A stretch of 64,000 bases of DNA from positions 64,001 through 128,000 of the forward strand of contig CAWFFU010000003.1 in assembly GCA_963815215.1 (NCBI GenBank), read 5' to 3'. The translations under genes were made by a program, and so were the position numbers. Shown piece by piece: positions 29,712 to 39,569 of the stretch (its first letter is position 1; every line of letters begins with the position of its first letter). This DNA is from an uncultured Trueperaceae bacterium. Lineage in GTDB: Bacteria > Deinococcota > Deinococci > Deinococcales > Trueperaceae. Under the pieces are notes generated by a model, which had not been told where the DNA came from, did not search any database, and saw only the letters and a program-made list of their open reading frames with translations.

Positions 29712-29758
29712 GGCGCGAGTATACGGGGGCGCCACGGAGCGCTCGGTTAGACTGGCGC

Positions 29759-30352
29759 ATGACGCCGACACGTGACGATGCCCTCTCGTTGATGGAGTCC
29801 TGGACGGAGTCGGACAGTCTCCGCAAGCACATGCTGGCGGTGGAGGCGGCCGTGGCCGCCTACGCCCGAGCCGACGGCGAGGACGAGACCTTGTGGGCGG
29901 TGGCCGCCATCCTGCACGACTTCGACTACGAGCGCTACCCGAACCCCGATCGCGATCCATCGGGCCATCCCTGGGTGGGCGTGAGGACGCTCCAGGAGCT
30001 CGACTACCCCGAAGCTGTTACCGACGCGATCCTCGGCCATGCCGACTACACGGGCGTGCCGCGGACCTCCCGGCTCGCCAAGACCCTCTTCGCCTGTGAC
30101 GAGATCACCGGGCTCATCACAGCGGCCGTGCTGGTGCGGCCCGATCGGGACATCGCCAACCAGACGGTGAAGAGCCTCAAGAAGAAGTTCAAGGACAAGG
30201 CGTTCGCGCGCGGCGTGAACCGTGACGACGTGCGCCAGGGCGCCGAAGAGCTCGGCGTCGAGCTGTGGGACCACGTCGCGTTCGTGTTGGTCGCCATGCA
30301 GGAGCGGGCGGGAACGCTGGGTCTGGACGGGCGCCTGGCCGAGGCCGACTAG
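29759..30352 (+). CDS. HD-domain (HDIG-like) phosphohydrolase
   Basis: LRKH, ILHDFDYE, GH, FACDEITG, KFKDKAFARGVNR; ATG lies 5 nt after TAGACT. Confidence 0.88.
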   Translation: MTPTRDDALSLMESWTESDSLRKHMLAVEAAVAAYARADGEDETLWAVAAILHDFDYERYPNPDRDPSGHPWVGVRTLQELDYPEAVTDAILGHADYTGVPRTSRLAKTLFACDEITGLITAAVLVRPDRDIANQTVKSLKKKFKDKAFARGVNRDDVRQGAEELGVELWDHVAFVLVAMQERAGTLGLDGRLAEAD

Positions 30353-30384
30353 CGCCTGTCGACCCCTCGTGAGCGTTCCGGCCG

Positions 30385-31104
30385 TCAGCGGGTGGAGGTC
30401 GCCCGGCGGCCCGTCGGCGCGGGGGCCGCGCGCGCGCCGGGGCCGGTCAGCGCGCGGACGTTCCAGCGCCAGCCAGACGCCGTGCGGCGGAAGAGCGGCC
30501 AAACCACCAGCAACGCCCGTCCCTCGATCGAGGTGGACGGGACCGGGCCGAAACTGCGCGAGTCGAACGACGCCGTCGGGCGGCGGTTATCTCCCATGAC
30601 ATAGACGTGGCCGCGCGGTACGCGCGTCGCCCGCACGCTGCCGAGCCCGTGGAAGGCTCCGACCAGGTAGGGCTCCGGGCGCGTCCGGCCGTCGACGTAG
30701 AGCACGCCCGCGCGCATGCCGACGCGCTGACCGGGGCCTGCGACGATCCGTTTGATCAGCAGGTGCCGGCTCACAAGCCCGCTCAGGCCCGTGGTCGCGC
30801 GGGTTGGATCGGGGAAGAACACGATGTCCCCGGAGGCGAACGGCTGCCCCCCGAGGCGCTGCAGCCAGGCGCCGGTTCGTACCACCAGAACGCGTTCGTC
30901 GTTGTGGAGGGTAGGCTCCATGGAGTGCCCGTGGACCACCACCACGCCCGCCACGAAGACGCTGAACAGCAGCCCCAACAGGACCGAGGCCAGCCACAGC
31001 GTGAGCCAGCGCGAGGCCGCCGGGCGCGTCACACCCTGCGGCGAAGGCGAGGTTAGGGCTACGGGGTCGTTGCCGGCTCGCGGGTCGTTCTTCGCTCGAC
31101 TCAC
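30385..31104 (-). CDS. lepB: Signal peptidase I
   Basis: TM segment, GHSMEPTL (Ser), GDIVFF, LIKRIVA (Lys), MGDNR...SFDSRSFG. Confidence 0.92.
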   Translation of the reverse strand: MSRAKNDPRAGNDPVALTSPSPQGVTRPAASRWLTLWLASVLLGLLFSVFVAGVVVVHGHSMEPTLHNDERVLVVRTGAWLQRLGGQPFASGDIVFFPDPTRATTGLSGLVSRHLLIKRIVAGPGQRVGMRAGVLYVDGRTRPEPYLVGAFHGLGSVRATRVPRGHVYVMGDNRRPTASFDSRSFGPVPSTSIEGRALLVVWPLFRRTASGWRWNVRALTGPGARAAPAPTGRRATSTR

Positions 31105-31159
31105 GGCGAGCAGTCTAACGCCGTGCTGGAGCCGGGTCTGCAGCCTGGGAGCCCTTCGG

Positions 31160-32080
31160 TCAGCGGCCTTCGCGCAGGCCGGGGCGGCGCGGCGCCCTCA
31201 CCGTGCGCGCGGGTATGCCGGGACGGGTCGGCGCGAGAAGAGGATCCAGCCCTCCCGCCGCTTCGAGGGCACGCTCGGCCGTCTCCTCGCCGTAGCGCAC
31301 GATGGCGCGGAACTCGCGGAAGGACTCCACCCGCACCTCGGGCATGTCGAGCCGGATGCGCAGGTCGGCGGGGTGCAAGCTGTACTGGATGTCGACCAGG
31401 ATGGACTGCGTGATGTCGCTGGTGCGGAACAGCATCTGTGCCATGGGCGTTCGGCGCTCGAGCCGCACGGTCTGCACCATGCGTTCCCACCAGGTGCCGT
31501 CGGAGGAGGCCGAGGCGTAGACGGAGCGCCGTGGCGAGGTCGCGTCCGAGGCGATGCAGCGCGTGGCCCCGAGCACGATGGCGGCCGCTACCGGCAGGTT
31601 GTTGACGATGCCGCCGTCGGCCAGCGTGCGGCCCTCGAGCTGGATCGGCTCGAATGCGCCCGGGAAGCTGCTCGAGGCGCGCACGGCGCGGATCAGGTTG
31701 CCTTCGGTGTGGACCACGCCCTCGCCCGTCTCGATGTCGGTGGTGGTCACGGCGAGCGGAACGTCGAGTTCGGCGAAGGTCGCGGGCAGGTGATCGGCGA
31801 GGAACGCCTCGAGCCGATCGCCCTTGAACAGGCCGGTCTGCAACGAGAGATCGACGACCTCGCGCCAGCTGGTGGTGTCGGCGAGCTTGAACAGGTCGTC
31901 GGCACGCCGACCGCTGGCGTAGAACGCGCCCAGGATGGCACCCATCGAAGTCCCGGCGATGACGTCGAAGCGGGCGCCCGCGCGTTCGAGGACCCGGAGC
32001 ACACCGATGTGCGCGAACCCGCGTGCGCCCCCACCCGAGAGCACCAGCCCGATCCGCCCGTTGTCGTTCGGCGTCTCCAT
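31160..32080 (-). CDS. Patatin-like phospholipase
   Basis: LSGGGARGFAHIG, GTSMG, DGG motifs. Confidence 0.92.
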   Translation of the reverse strand: METPNDNGRIGLVLSGGGARGFAHIGVLRVLERAGARFDVIAGTSMGAILGAFYASGRRADDLFKLADTTSWREVVDLSLQTGLFKGDRLEAFLADHLPATFAELDVPLAVTTTDIETGEGVVHTEGNLIRAVRASSSFPGAFEPIQLEGRTLADGGIVNNLPVAAAIVLGATRCIASDATSPRRSVYASASSDGTWWERMVQTVRLERRTPMAQMLFRTSDITQSILVDIQYSLHPADLRIRLDMPEVRVESFREFRAIVRYGEETAERALEAAGGLDPLLAPTRPGIPARTVRAPRRPGLREGR

Positions 32081-32170
32081 GATGGTGAGACTAGCACGCT
32101 GCTATAGGAGCGTCTGTGCCGCCGTAGACGGCGTTCGTCGGTCTGGCCGGCGGTGGCGGTAGACTCCGGC

Positions 32171-33361
32171 ATGAGCTCCGAAACGCGGGCGGGACGGGTC
32201 CGCGCCACCCCGGACCGACCCCCACCGCGGAGGGCGTACGACGTCGCCATCGTGGGCGGTGGCCTGATGGGCGCTGCGACCGCCGCGCTGTTGGGCTGCT
32301 GGGCACCGCGACTCGACATCGTGCTCGTCGAGGCCGGTGGGCTCCCGAACGAGGGCGGCGCGACAGTGGCTTCGCCCGGACTGCTGCCACCGGTCGAGGA
32401 CGGCGTCGGCGGCGTCCCGCCGGCCTCCTTGCGGTGGGCGCGGCGCTGGCTGGAGGAGGCACTTCCCGAAGCGCCGGGTCCGCGAGGGGGCTGGCTCGAG
32501 CTGCTACCCGAGGGAGCCGTCGACGGCCGACCCCTGGAGGGCCTGCTGGCGGCACCGGCGTTGCAGGCAGTCCGCGACCTGACCGGGGTCGCGGCCGATC
32601 ACCCGGCCGTCCTGAGCGCGGGCGGCTACGTGAGCGCCGAGGCGCTGGCGTACCGGTTGGCGCAGGAGGCCGTGCGCAAGGGGGCCGATCTGATGCTCAA
32701 CACCCGGGCGCGACCTGTGGGCGAGCATGAGCTCGTTCTGGAGCGTCTCGCGTTCGACCGGCGCATGAGGCTGGGCGTGCGGGCGAGCCACCAGATCCGT
32801 GCGGACGCCGTGGTCGTGGCGTGTGGAGCGGACGGCGCCGAGGTAGTCGAGGGCGGGCTCGACCGGCCCATGCGACTCGAGGCCATCTACCGGCAGTTCC
32901 CTCGGGTGCGGCTGGCGGCGCTCCCGGTCGGCGTCGCACTCCCCGTCGTCGGCGTGGCGGGTTGGCACTTCCGGCCGGCTCCCGGCGGTGCCTGGCTGGT
33001 GCCGCCCGTCGCGACCCCGGACCCGGTGGGATATGCGCCGGTGGGCGGGCGCCTGCTGGGAGTCCCGGTGGGGTTGCGCCGCGAGCTGCTGGACGCGCTG
33101 CTGGAGGCGCCGGAGCTGGCGGCGTTGCTGGCCTCCGGGCACCTGGATCTCGGCAAGACGGTCCGCTCGGTGCGTGGCGCGCGCTGCAGCGCTCCGCCGG
33201 ACGGTCGCCCGGTCGCGCAGCAGGTCGGCGAGCGCTGGTGGCTCCTGGCCGGCTCCGGAGCCGGCCTGCTCCACGACCTGACCGGCGCCGCCGAGGTGGC
33301 CGCTGCGGTCGCGGCGGACGTGGGAGGGCCGCCGCCCCCATGGCCGCCGCCGCAGCGATAG
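32171..33361 (+). CDS. FAD-dependent oxidoreductase (DAO-like, divergent)
   Basis: DVAIVGGGLMG Rossmann motif, ADAVVVACG, PDGRP...G; ATG lies 5 nt after TAGACT. Confidence 0.75.
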   Translation: MSSETRAGRVRATPDRPPPRRAYDVAIVGGGLMGAATAALLGCWAPRLDIVLVEAGGLPNEGGATVASPGLLPPVEDGVGGVPPASLRWARRWLEEALPEAPGPRGGWLELLPEGAVDGRPLEGLLAAPALQAVRDLTGVAADHPAVLSAGGYVSAEALAYRLAQEAVRKGADLMLNTRARPVGEHELVLERLAFDRRMRLGVRASHQIRADAVVVACGADGAEVVEGGLDRPMRLEAIYRQFPRVRLAALPVGVALPVVGVAGWHFRPAPGGAWLVPPVATPDPVGYAPVGGRLLGVPVGLRRELLDALLEAPELAALLASGHLDLGKTVRSVRGARCSAPPDGRPVAQQVGERWWLLAGSGAGLLHDLTGAAEVAAAVAADVGGPPPPWPPPQR

Positions 33362-33383
33362 CGCGACCTCCTCCACCGCGAAC

Positions 33384-33414
33384 GAGGGAGGGCGGCTCGA
33401 AGCCGCCCTCCCTC
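33384..33414. terminator. 14-bp stem-loop between convergent genes (terminator)
   Basis: GAGGGAGGGCGGCT-cga-AGCCGCCCTCCCTC, followed by TGTCTTATT on +. Confidence 0.75.
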
Positions 33415-33445
33415 TGTCTTATTGGCCGATCGTTGCCTCAGGCGC

Positions 33446-34759
33446 TCACTGGCCGGCGCCGTTGGAGCCGCCGGAGCCGTTCGAGTTGGGGGTCTGCTGC
33501 ACCACTTCGAGCGTCACGGTGACGGCCCGCGTCTTGCCGTTGCGCTCGACTTGCAGCGCGAGCTTGTCGCCCGCCTTCTTACCGAGCACGATGCGCTGCA
33601 GATCGGTGACGGTCTTGATGCTGGTGCCGTCGGCCGAGAGGATGATGTCGCCGCCGGCGGGGTAGTTCTGGCCGTTGACGTTGGCCTGGTAGGCGGGGCC
33701 CTGCAGTCCGGCCTTGGCGGCGGGACCGCCGGTCGCCACCTGCATCACCACCGCGCCGTGGTCGGGCATGTTGAGCGTCTTGCGTACGTCGGTCGGGAAG
33801 TTGTCGACGCCGATGACCGACACACCGATCCGCGGCTTGTTCTGGATATCGAGAGCCTGGGCGTAGATGCCGATGAGCCCGCCCTTCTTGAGGTCGGGAA
33901 GCGCCTTCTGGATGAGGCTCGAAGGCACCGAGAAGCCGATGCCGATGTTGCCGGCCTGGCCGTTGGCGCTCATCCCGGGGATGATCATCGTGTTGATCCC
34001 CATGACCTGGCCGGCCGAGTCGAGCAGTGGCCCGCCGGAGTTGCCGGGATTGATGGCGGCGTCGGTCTGGATCATCGGGATCTTGACCTGGCCGATCGAA
34101 GGCAGCTCACGTCCCATGGCGGAGATGATGCCTTCGGTCACGGTCGACTGCAGGCCGAAGGGGTTGCCGATGGCGATCGCCTTCTGGCCCACCTTGACCT
34201 GGGCGACGTTGGCCAGCGGGATGGGCTTGGCGCTCGCCGGCAGATCGCCGGGGTTGTCGAGCTGCAGCAGTGCCAGGTCGTAGTCGGGGTCGGCGCCCAC
34301 CACATGCACCGGCAGCTCCTTCTGGCTACCCGGGAAGGTGACCGTCACCTTGGCGCCGCTCAGGAGGTTGACCGATCCCTGCTGCAGGGCATCCTTCACC
34401 ACGTGGTAGTTGGTGATGATCTGGCCCTTGGCGTCGATCACGAACCCCGAGCCGGCCGCCTGGAAGACCTGCGGCTGCTGCGGGAAGAGCTGCTGGAACT
34501 GCGGAGGAACGTTCTGCTGCTGGAAGGGATTGACCCGTTGCCCCTTGACGGTGACGTTGATCGCCACCACGCTGGGGCCGTAGGTGTTGACGATGTTGAC
34601 CGTGTTCTGCTCGTTCTGCAGGAGCGCCGATGGCTGATTCGCGGTCGTTGTGGTGCTCGACTGAGCACTCACCACCGGGAACAGGTTGGCGCCGGCCAGC
34701 ACCAGACCCACAGCGACGATCAGCGTGCCCATGCCGAAGGCAATGCGCTTGCGAAACAA
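33446..34759 (-). CDS. htrA: HtrA/DegQ-like serine protease with one PDZ domain
   Basis: AAGGAGG RBS then TTG 34759; signal/TM segment; GSGFVI, TNYHVV, DLAL, GNPFG, IQTDAAINPGNSGGPL; C-terminal PDZ. Confidence 0.93.
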   Translation of the reverse strand: MFRKRIAFGMGTLIVAVGLVLAGANLFPVVSAQSSTTTTANQPSALLQNEQNTVNIVNTYGPSVVAINVTVKGQRVNPFQQQNVPPQFQQLFPQQPQVFQAAGSGFVIDAKGQIITNYHVVKDALQQGSVNLLSGAKVTVTFPGSQKELPVHVVGADPDYDLALLQLDNPGDLPASAKPIPLANVAQVKVGQKAIAIGNPFGLQSTVTEGIISAMGRELPSIGQVKIPMIQTDAAINPGNSGGPLLDSAGQVMGINTMIIPGMSANGQAGNIGIGFSVPSSLIQKALPDLKKGGLIGIYAQALDIQNKPRIGVSVIGVDNFPTDVRKTLNMPDHGAVVMQVATGGPAAKAGLQGPAYQANVNGQNYPAGGDIILSADGTSIKTVTDLQRIVLGKKAGDKLALQVERNGKTRAVTVTLEVVQQTPNSNGSGGSNGAGQ

Positions 34760-34929
34760 AGTAGTCCTCCTTCCGAAAAGCCGTCCCCCGGCTTCCGGTC
34801 GCGGTGTCTGTCGGACGCGGGATGCGCCTTGGGGGGCGGGCCCGCACAACCCGCCCACATCGCTACTGTACGAGCGCAGGGTTAACGTGAACGGAGACCA
34901 CAATGAACTTCCTGAGGGGGTGGGTCGGT

Positions 34930-35841
34930 TCAGGTCTCGCGACCGCTGCCGGCCCGCTCCAACCAGGCGACGAGCAGCGCACCGGCCACCAGCAACAGCA
35001 CGAGTGCCAGGGTGCCGGAGCTCAGCCAGGGCCAGGTGACATGGCCGTTCGCCGTCACGAAGGGCCAGACCTTGCGCAGGCTGCCGAGCATGAAGCCCGC
35101 CAGGATGGCCAGGGTGATGTCGTGGGCGCGGCGCAGCAGCCAGGCCAGCAGACGCGCGAAGGTGAGGAGCCCCACCACCGCGCCGATCGCCAGCGGCGCC
35201 AGCACCGCCAGATCCACGTGTGTCACCGCCGCCAGCGCCGCGTCGTACTTGCCGAGAAGCACCAGCACGAAGGCGCCGGAGATCCCCGGCAGCATCAGCG
35301 CGCACACCGCCAGTGCCCCGCTGAACAGCAGGAAGGCGGGGGCGTCGGGCGTGACCGCCGGCGTCAGCCCGACCAGCCAGAACGCTCCGACGGCCGCCAG
35401 CACGGCACCCGCGATGCCGCCGACGGTCCAGTGCCCGACGCGGCGCGCTACCAGTCCGGTCGACGCCAGGATCAGCCCGAAGAACAGGGCGTGTACGCCG
35501 CTCGGGTGGTGGGTCAGCAGCCAGTGCATCACCCTGGAGAGCGCCGCCACCGCCGTGGCGATCCCCAGCAGCACCGCCAGCAGGAAGCCACCGTTGGCCA
35601 ACCGGAAGGCCCGCCGCACGCGCAGCCGGCCGAGTGCGGTCAGGAACGGCGTCGACGTCAGCGATCCCAGGCTGGTGATCAGTTCCTGGTAGATGCCCAG
35701 GATCAGGGCCATCGTTCCCCCCGACACGCCGGGGATGAGGTCGGACGTGCCCATGGCGATGCCGCGCAGGTAGAGCCCCAGAGACCGGCTGGCGAGCGAG
35801 CGAGCGGGCTCCGCCGGGGCGGGCGAGGAGGGGCCGGACAT
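34930..35841 (-). CDS. DUF368-family membrane protein
   Basis: GIAMGTSDLIPGVSGGTMALILGIY and second repeat ALMLPGISGAFVLVLLGKY; FFGLILAS; GSLRKVWP. Confidence 0.88.
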   Translation of the reverse strand: MSGPSSPAPAEPARSLASRSLGLYLRGIAMGTSDLIPGVSGGTMALILGIYQELITSLGSLTSTPFLTALGRLRVRRAFRLANGGFLLAVLLGIATAVAALSRVMHWLLTHHPSGVHALFFGLILASTGLVARRVGHWTVGGIAGAVLAAVGAFWLVGLTPAVTPDAPAFLLFSGALAVCALMLPGISGAFVLVLLGKYDAALAAVTHVDLAVLAPLAIGAVVGLLTFARLLAWLLRRAHDITLAILAGFMLGSLRKVWPFVTANGHVTWPWLSSGTLALVLLLVAGALLVAWLERAGSGRET

Positions 35842-35952
35842 CCGGGTAAGCTACCACGGGCACCGGCGCCCGCGCCGTTTGGGAGGGGGTCCGGTGCGGG
35901 CCAGCGAATGCCCGGCGAATGCGGTAGGCTTAGCTCAGGAAGGGGCCGTGCG

Positions 35953-36240
35953 GTGAGCGAAGGCGAGGTCCAGGAGCGCGTGAGCGAGTTGCTGTCGGGG
36001 ACGGGCGTGAGCCTGCCGCAACTCGACGACCTGGCTGGCCAGCTGTTGTGGCGTATCGGTCGCGTGAACGACGAGGGCCCGGTCACGGTACGCGTGGGCC
36101 TCGCGTCGAGTGCCGGCCTGTTCCACGAGCTGCCTCGACTCCGGACCGCCAGCGACAGCGAGATCGAGGCCGCTGTGCAAGAGAGCACGTTGCGCGTGGA
36201 GTGGGTGGGCGCGCGGCCGCGCGGCCAGGCTGAAAGGTGA
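35953..36240 (+). CDS. Small conserved protein, DUF3248-like
   Basis: LLWRIGR...VRVGLASSA..F..LPRLR...VEWV resembles the Deinococcus-Thermus DUF3248 family; AGGAAGG upstream. Confidence 0.7.
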   Translation: MSEGEVQERVSELLSGTGVSLPQLDDLAGQLLWRIGRVNDEGPVTVRVGLASSAGLFHELPRLRTASDSEIEAAVQESTLRVEWVGARPRGQAER

Positions 36241-36244
36241 ACGT

Positions 36245-36754
36245 GTGGACCTGACGCACGAGGTGAGCTTCGTTCTAGACCTGGACCTCCCCCGCGAGGC
36301 CGCCCGCGACTTCGTGCGCGACGTGCCCCGTTCGTTGTCGCAGGCGACGTTCCTGTCCGATCTCCAGGTGGTGGAGGGCAAGCCCAAGGTGGTGACCGCC
36401 GCGTTGCCGGTCAACGCCGCCTTGTTCGGGCAGCGCGAGCTCCCGTTCCGATCGGAACTCACCTATACCGCCGACGGCGCGTCGTTGAGCGGTCTGCCGC
36501 TCGCCCCCGAGGGTCCGGGCTGGGCCGAGGTGTCGGGCGATGCCCGCGTGCTGGGGGCGGAGCGGGGCTGCCGCGTGGAGTACAGCTTCCGCATCACCAT
36601 CCACCTGGCGCTGCCGGCGCCCGAGAAATGGGGCGGCCGGGCCTTGCTGAGCATGATCGAGTTCACGACCCAGAGCGTACTGAGGGGTGTGATGGGCAGC
36701 TTCCCGGCGGCGGTGCGGGCCGCCGCGCGTGAGGTCGAGGCCGCTTGGGCCTGA
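36245..36754 (+). CDS. DUF3809-like protein (START/SRPBCC-like fold suspected)
   Basis: LPFRSEL...GASL...WAEVSG...HL.LP..EKWGGRAL; adjacent to the DUF3248-like gene. Confidence 0.65.
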   Translation: MDLTHEVSFVLDLDLPREAARDFVRDVPRSLSQATFLSDLQVVEGKPKVVTAALPVNAALFGQRELPFRSELTYTADGASLSGLPLAPEGPGWAEVSGDARVLGAERGCRVEYSFRITIHLALPAPEKWGGRALLSMIEFTTQSVLRGVMGSFPAAVRAAAREVEAAWA

Positions 36755-36770
36755 GGGCAGCCGGCTCCCC

Positions 36771-38132
36771 TCACTTCCCTACGCAGAAGGTAGCGAAGAT
36801 CGCCGCGAGCGTCTCTTCGGCGACGTCGACACGACCGGTGATCCGGCCGAGCGCGTCGAGCGCGTCCTGCAACTCGAGCGATGCGATGTCGGCCGTGCTG
36901 CCGCGGGCGCCCGTCAGATTGGCGCGCACCGCTTCGAGGGCCTGCACGTGCCGCTCGTTGGAGATCCAGAGTTCGGTACCGGCGGCGTCCCCCAGCAAGT
37001 GCTCGCGCACGCGCAGCTTGAGGGACTCGAGCCCTGTGCCCGAGTGCGCCGAGACCGGCAATGCCGGCGTCGGCAGGGCGTCGTCACCCCAGGCTGGGGC
37101 CAGGTCGGCCTTGCTGGCGAGGACCAGCGTCCGCTCCGGCGGCAACTCGCTCAACAGGGTCAGGTCGTCGGGATGCAGGGGCGCGGAGCGGTCGAACAGG
37201 AGCAGGCATAGATCGGACGCATCGGCGATGCTCTTGGCGATCCTCACACCCGACGCCTCGACGGCGTCCTCGGTGGAGCGGATGCCGGCCGTATCGATAG
37301 CGGTCAGCGGGATGCCGCCCAGCGAGAGCGGTGCCTCGAGGTAGTCGCGGGTGGTTCCCGGCGCTTCGCTGACGATGGACCGCTCGAAGCCCAGCAGCGC
37401 GTTGAGCAGGCTCGATTTCCCTGCGTTCGGCCGTCCCAGCAGCGCCAGGCGAGCACCGTGGCGGCTGATCCGGCCCGCTTCGGCGGTGGCCAGGAGCGCC
37501 TCGACCTGCTCCAGGGCGCGGCTCAGGGGCGCGTCCAGTTCTGCCTCCGGGACGCCCTCCTCGGGGTAGTCGAGACTCGCCTGCAGTGCCGCATAGGCCC
37601 GGGTGACGTCGGTCTGGATGCGGTCGAGGCGGGTCCCGAGCGCGCGCGACAGACCCAGGGCGGCGTTACGGCGGGCGCTTTCGGTCTGGGCCTCGACCAG
37701 CTCCATCACGCTCTCGGCCTGGGCGAGGTCGAGGCGGCCGGCCAGGAAGGCGCGCAACGTGAACTCGCCGGGTCCCGCCAGACGGGCGCCGGCCGCCACG
37801 CACAGGTCGAGCACCGCGCGCAGCACCGCCGGACCCCCGTGCGTCTGGAATTCGACCACGTCCTGGGCCGTGTAGGAGTGCGGGGCGCGGAAGCTCAGCA
37901 GCAAGGCCTCGTCCACCAGTTCCTCGTGAGCGGAGTCCCGTGCGTCCACGATCCGCCCACGGACGACCCGCCCCGCCGGGCGCCGGCTCGGGGGCGCGCC
38001 GCGCATGGGCCGGAACAGCCGATCAGCCACCGCGTGGGCCGCCGGCCCCGAGATCCGCACGATGCCGATGGCCGCCGCACCCGGCGCGGTGGCGATGGCG
38101 GCGATGGTGTCGCCGGTGGGCGGCAGTGGCAT
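36771..38132 (-). CDS. mnmE: tRNA modification GTPase MnmE/TrmE
   Basis: DTIAAIATAPG, THGG, PGEFTLRAFLAGRLDLAQAE, GRPNAGKSSLLN, GTTRD, DTAG, C-terminal FCVGK. Confidence 0.97.
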   Translation of the reverse strand: MPLPPTGDTIAAIATAPGAAAIGIVRISGPAAHAVADRLFRPMRGAPPSRRPAGRVVRGRIVDARDSAHEELVDEALLLSFRAPHSYTAQDVVEFQTHGGPAVLRAVLDLCVAAGARLAGPGEFTLRAFLAGRLDLAQAESVMELVEAQTESARRNAALGLSRALGTRLDRIQTDVTRAYAALQASLDYPEEGVPEAELDAPLSRALEQVEALLATAEAGRISRHGARLALLGRPNAGKSSLLNALLGFERSIVSEAPGTTRDYLEAPLSLGGIPLTAIDTAGIRSTEDAVEASGVRIAKSIADASDLCLLLFDRSAPLHPDDLTLLSELPPERTLVLASKADLAPAWGDDALPTPALPVSAHSGTGLESLKLRVREHLLGDAAGTELWISNERHVQALEAVRANLTGARGSTADIASLELQDALDALGRITGRVDVAEETLAAIFATFCVGK

Positions 38133-38133
38133 C

Positions 38134-39432
38134 TCAGGCGCCCGTCGAGAGGTCCTCGAACGCCGCGGCGGCGGCCTCCACGACCGCCGCGACGTCGTTC
38201 GGGCCGTGCGCGTAGGACAGGAACGCCGACTCGAAGGGGCTGGCGGGCCAGTACACGCCGCGGCGCAGCAGGCCGTGGAACCAGCGCGCGAAGCGCTCGC
38301 GGTCGCACGCGGTGGCGGTGGCGTAGTCGGTCACCTCCGAGCCCGTGAAGAAGACGGTGATCATCGATCCGACCCGCTGGATGCGCACGTCCACGCCGGC
38401 CGCGAGCGCCCCCTGCGCGAGCCCCTCCTGCAGCTGCCGGGCGCGCGTCTCCAGCACCTCGTAGACGTCGCCGGCCTCGTCGATGGCGCTCAGCGTGGCG
38501 AGCCCGGCGGCCATGGCCAGCGGGTTGCCGGAGAGGGTGCCGGCCTGGTAGACGGGGCCGAGCGGCGAGACGCGCTCCATGAAGCGCGCCTTGCCGCCGT
38601 AGGCGCCCACCGGCAGCCCCCCGCCGATGATCTTGCCCCAGGCGATCAGGTCGGGGTCTAGACCGTAGCGCTCGACGGCGCCGCCGCGTGCGACGCGGAA
38701 GCCCGTCATCACCTCGTCGACGATCATGGCCGCACCGTGGGCGCGCGTGAGCTCTCGAACGCCTTCCAGGAAGCCGGGTGCGGGCGGAACGACCCCCATG
38801 TTGCCCGCCACGGCCTCCACGATCACCGCGGCGATCGAATCGGAATGGGCGTCGAACAGCGTGCGCACGCTGTCCAGGTCGTTGAAGTCGGCGACCAGTG
38901 TGTCGGCCGCGGTGCCCGCGGGCACGCCGGCGCTGGAGGGCACGCCCGTGGTGAGGGCGCCGGAACCGGCGGCCACCAGCAGGCTGTCGGCGTGGCCATG
39001 ATAGTTGCCCGCGAACTTCACCAGCCGGTCGCGGCCGGTGACGCCTCGAGCCACGCGGATCGCACTCATCGTCGCCTCGGTGCCGGAGTTGACGAAGCGC
39101 ACCCGGTCGGCGACCGGCACGCGTTGCAGGACGGCCTCGGCCAGGATCACCTCGTCCTCGACAGGGGCCCCGAAGGAGGTGCCGAGCGCCAGCGAGCGCT
39201 GCAGGGCGGCCACCACGGCCGGATGCGCGTGCCCCATGAGCAGCGGACCCCACGAGCCCACCATGTCGATGAAGTGATTGCCGTCGACGTCCTCGAGACG
39301 ACAGCCGGCGCCCGCCCGGATGAAGCGTGGCGAGCCGCCCACCGAGCCGAAGGCGCGGACCGGGGAGTTGACGCCGCCGGGGGTGACCCCGCGTGCGCGT
39401 TCGAAGAGGTCGTCCGATCGAGCCGTGTCCAT
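38134..39432 (-). CDS. hemL: Glutamate-1-semialdehyde 2,1-aminomutase
   Basis: PGGVNSPVRAF, SWGP, NSGTEATM, YHGHAD, DEVMTGFR, GKIIGGGLPVGAYGG, QAGTLSGNP. Confidence 0.96.
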   Translation of the reverse strand: MDTARSDDLFERARGVTPGGVNSPVRAFGSVGGSPRFIRAGAGCRLEDVDGNHFIDMVGSWGPLLMGHAHPAVVAALQRSLALGTSFGAPVEDEVILAEAVLQRVPVADRVRFVNSGTEATMSAIRVARGVTGRDRLVKFAGNYHGHADSLLVAAGSGALTTGVPSSAGVPAGTAADTLVADFNDLDSVRTLFDAHSDSIAAVIVEAVAGNMGVVPPAPGFLEGVRELTRAHGAAMIVDEVMTGFRVARGGAVERYGLDPDLIAWGKIIGGGLPVGAYGGKARFMERVSPLGPVYQAGTLSGNPLAMAAGLATLSAIDEAGDVYEVLETRARQLQEGLAQGALAAGVDVRIQRVGSMITVFFTGSEVTDYATATACDRERFARWFHGLLRRGVYWPASPFESAFLSYAHGPNDVAAVVEAAAAAFEDLSTGA

Positions 39433-39569
39433 GCGCGTAGAATCGCACGCGCTCCCGCGGGTCGCAACGGGCCCGGGCGACGTGGCCGCCGCTCGCGAGG
39501 GGCTGCTACAATCCCGGGAGGCCGTGCGGGGCGGCGGTGTCGCCCCCGCACGCACGTCGGGAGGAGCGT

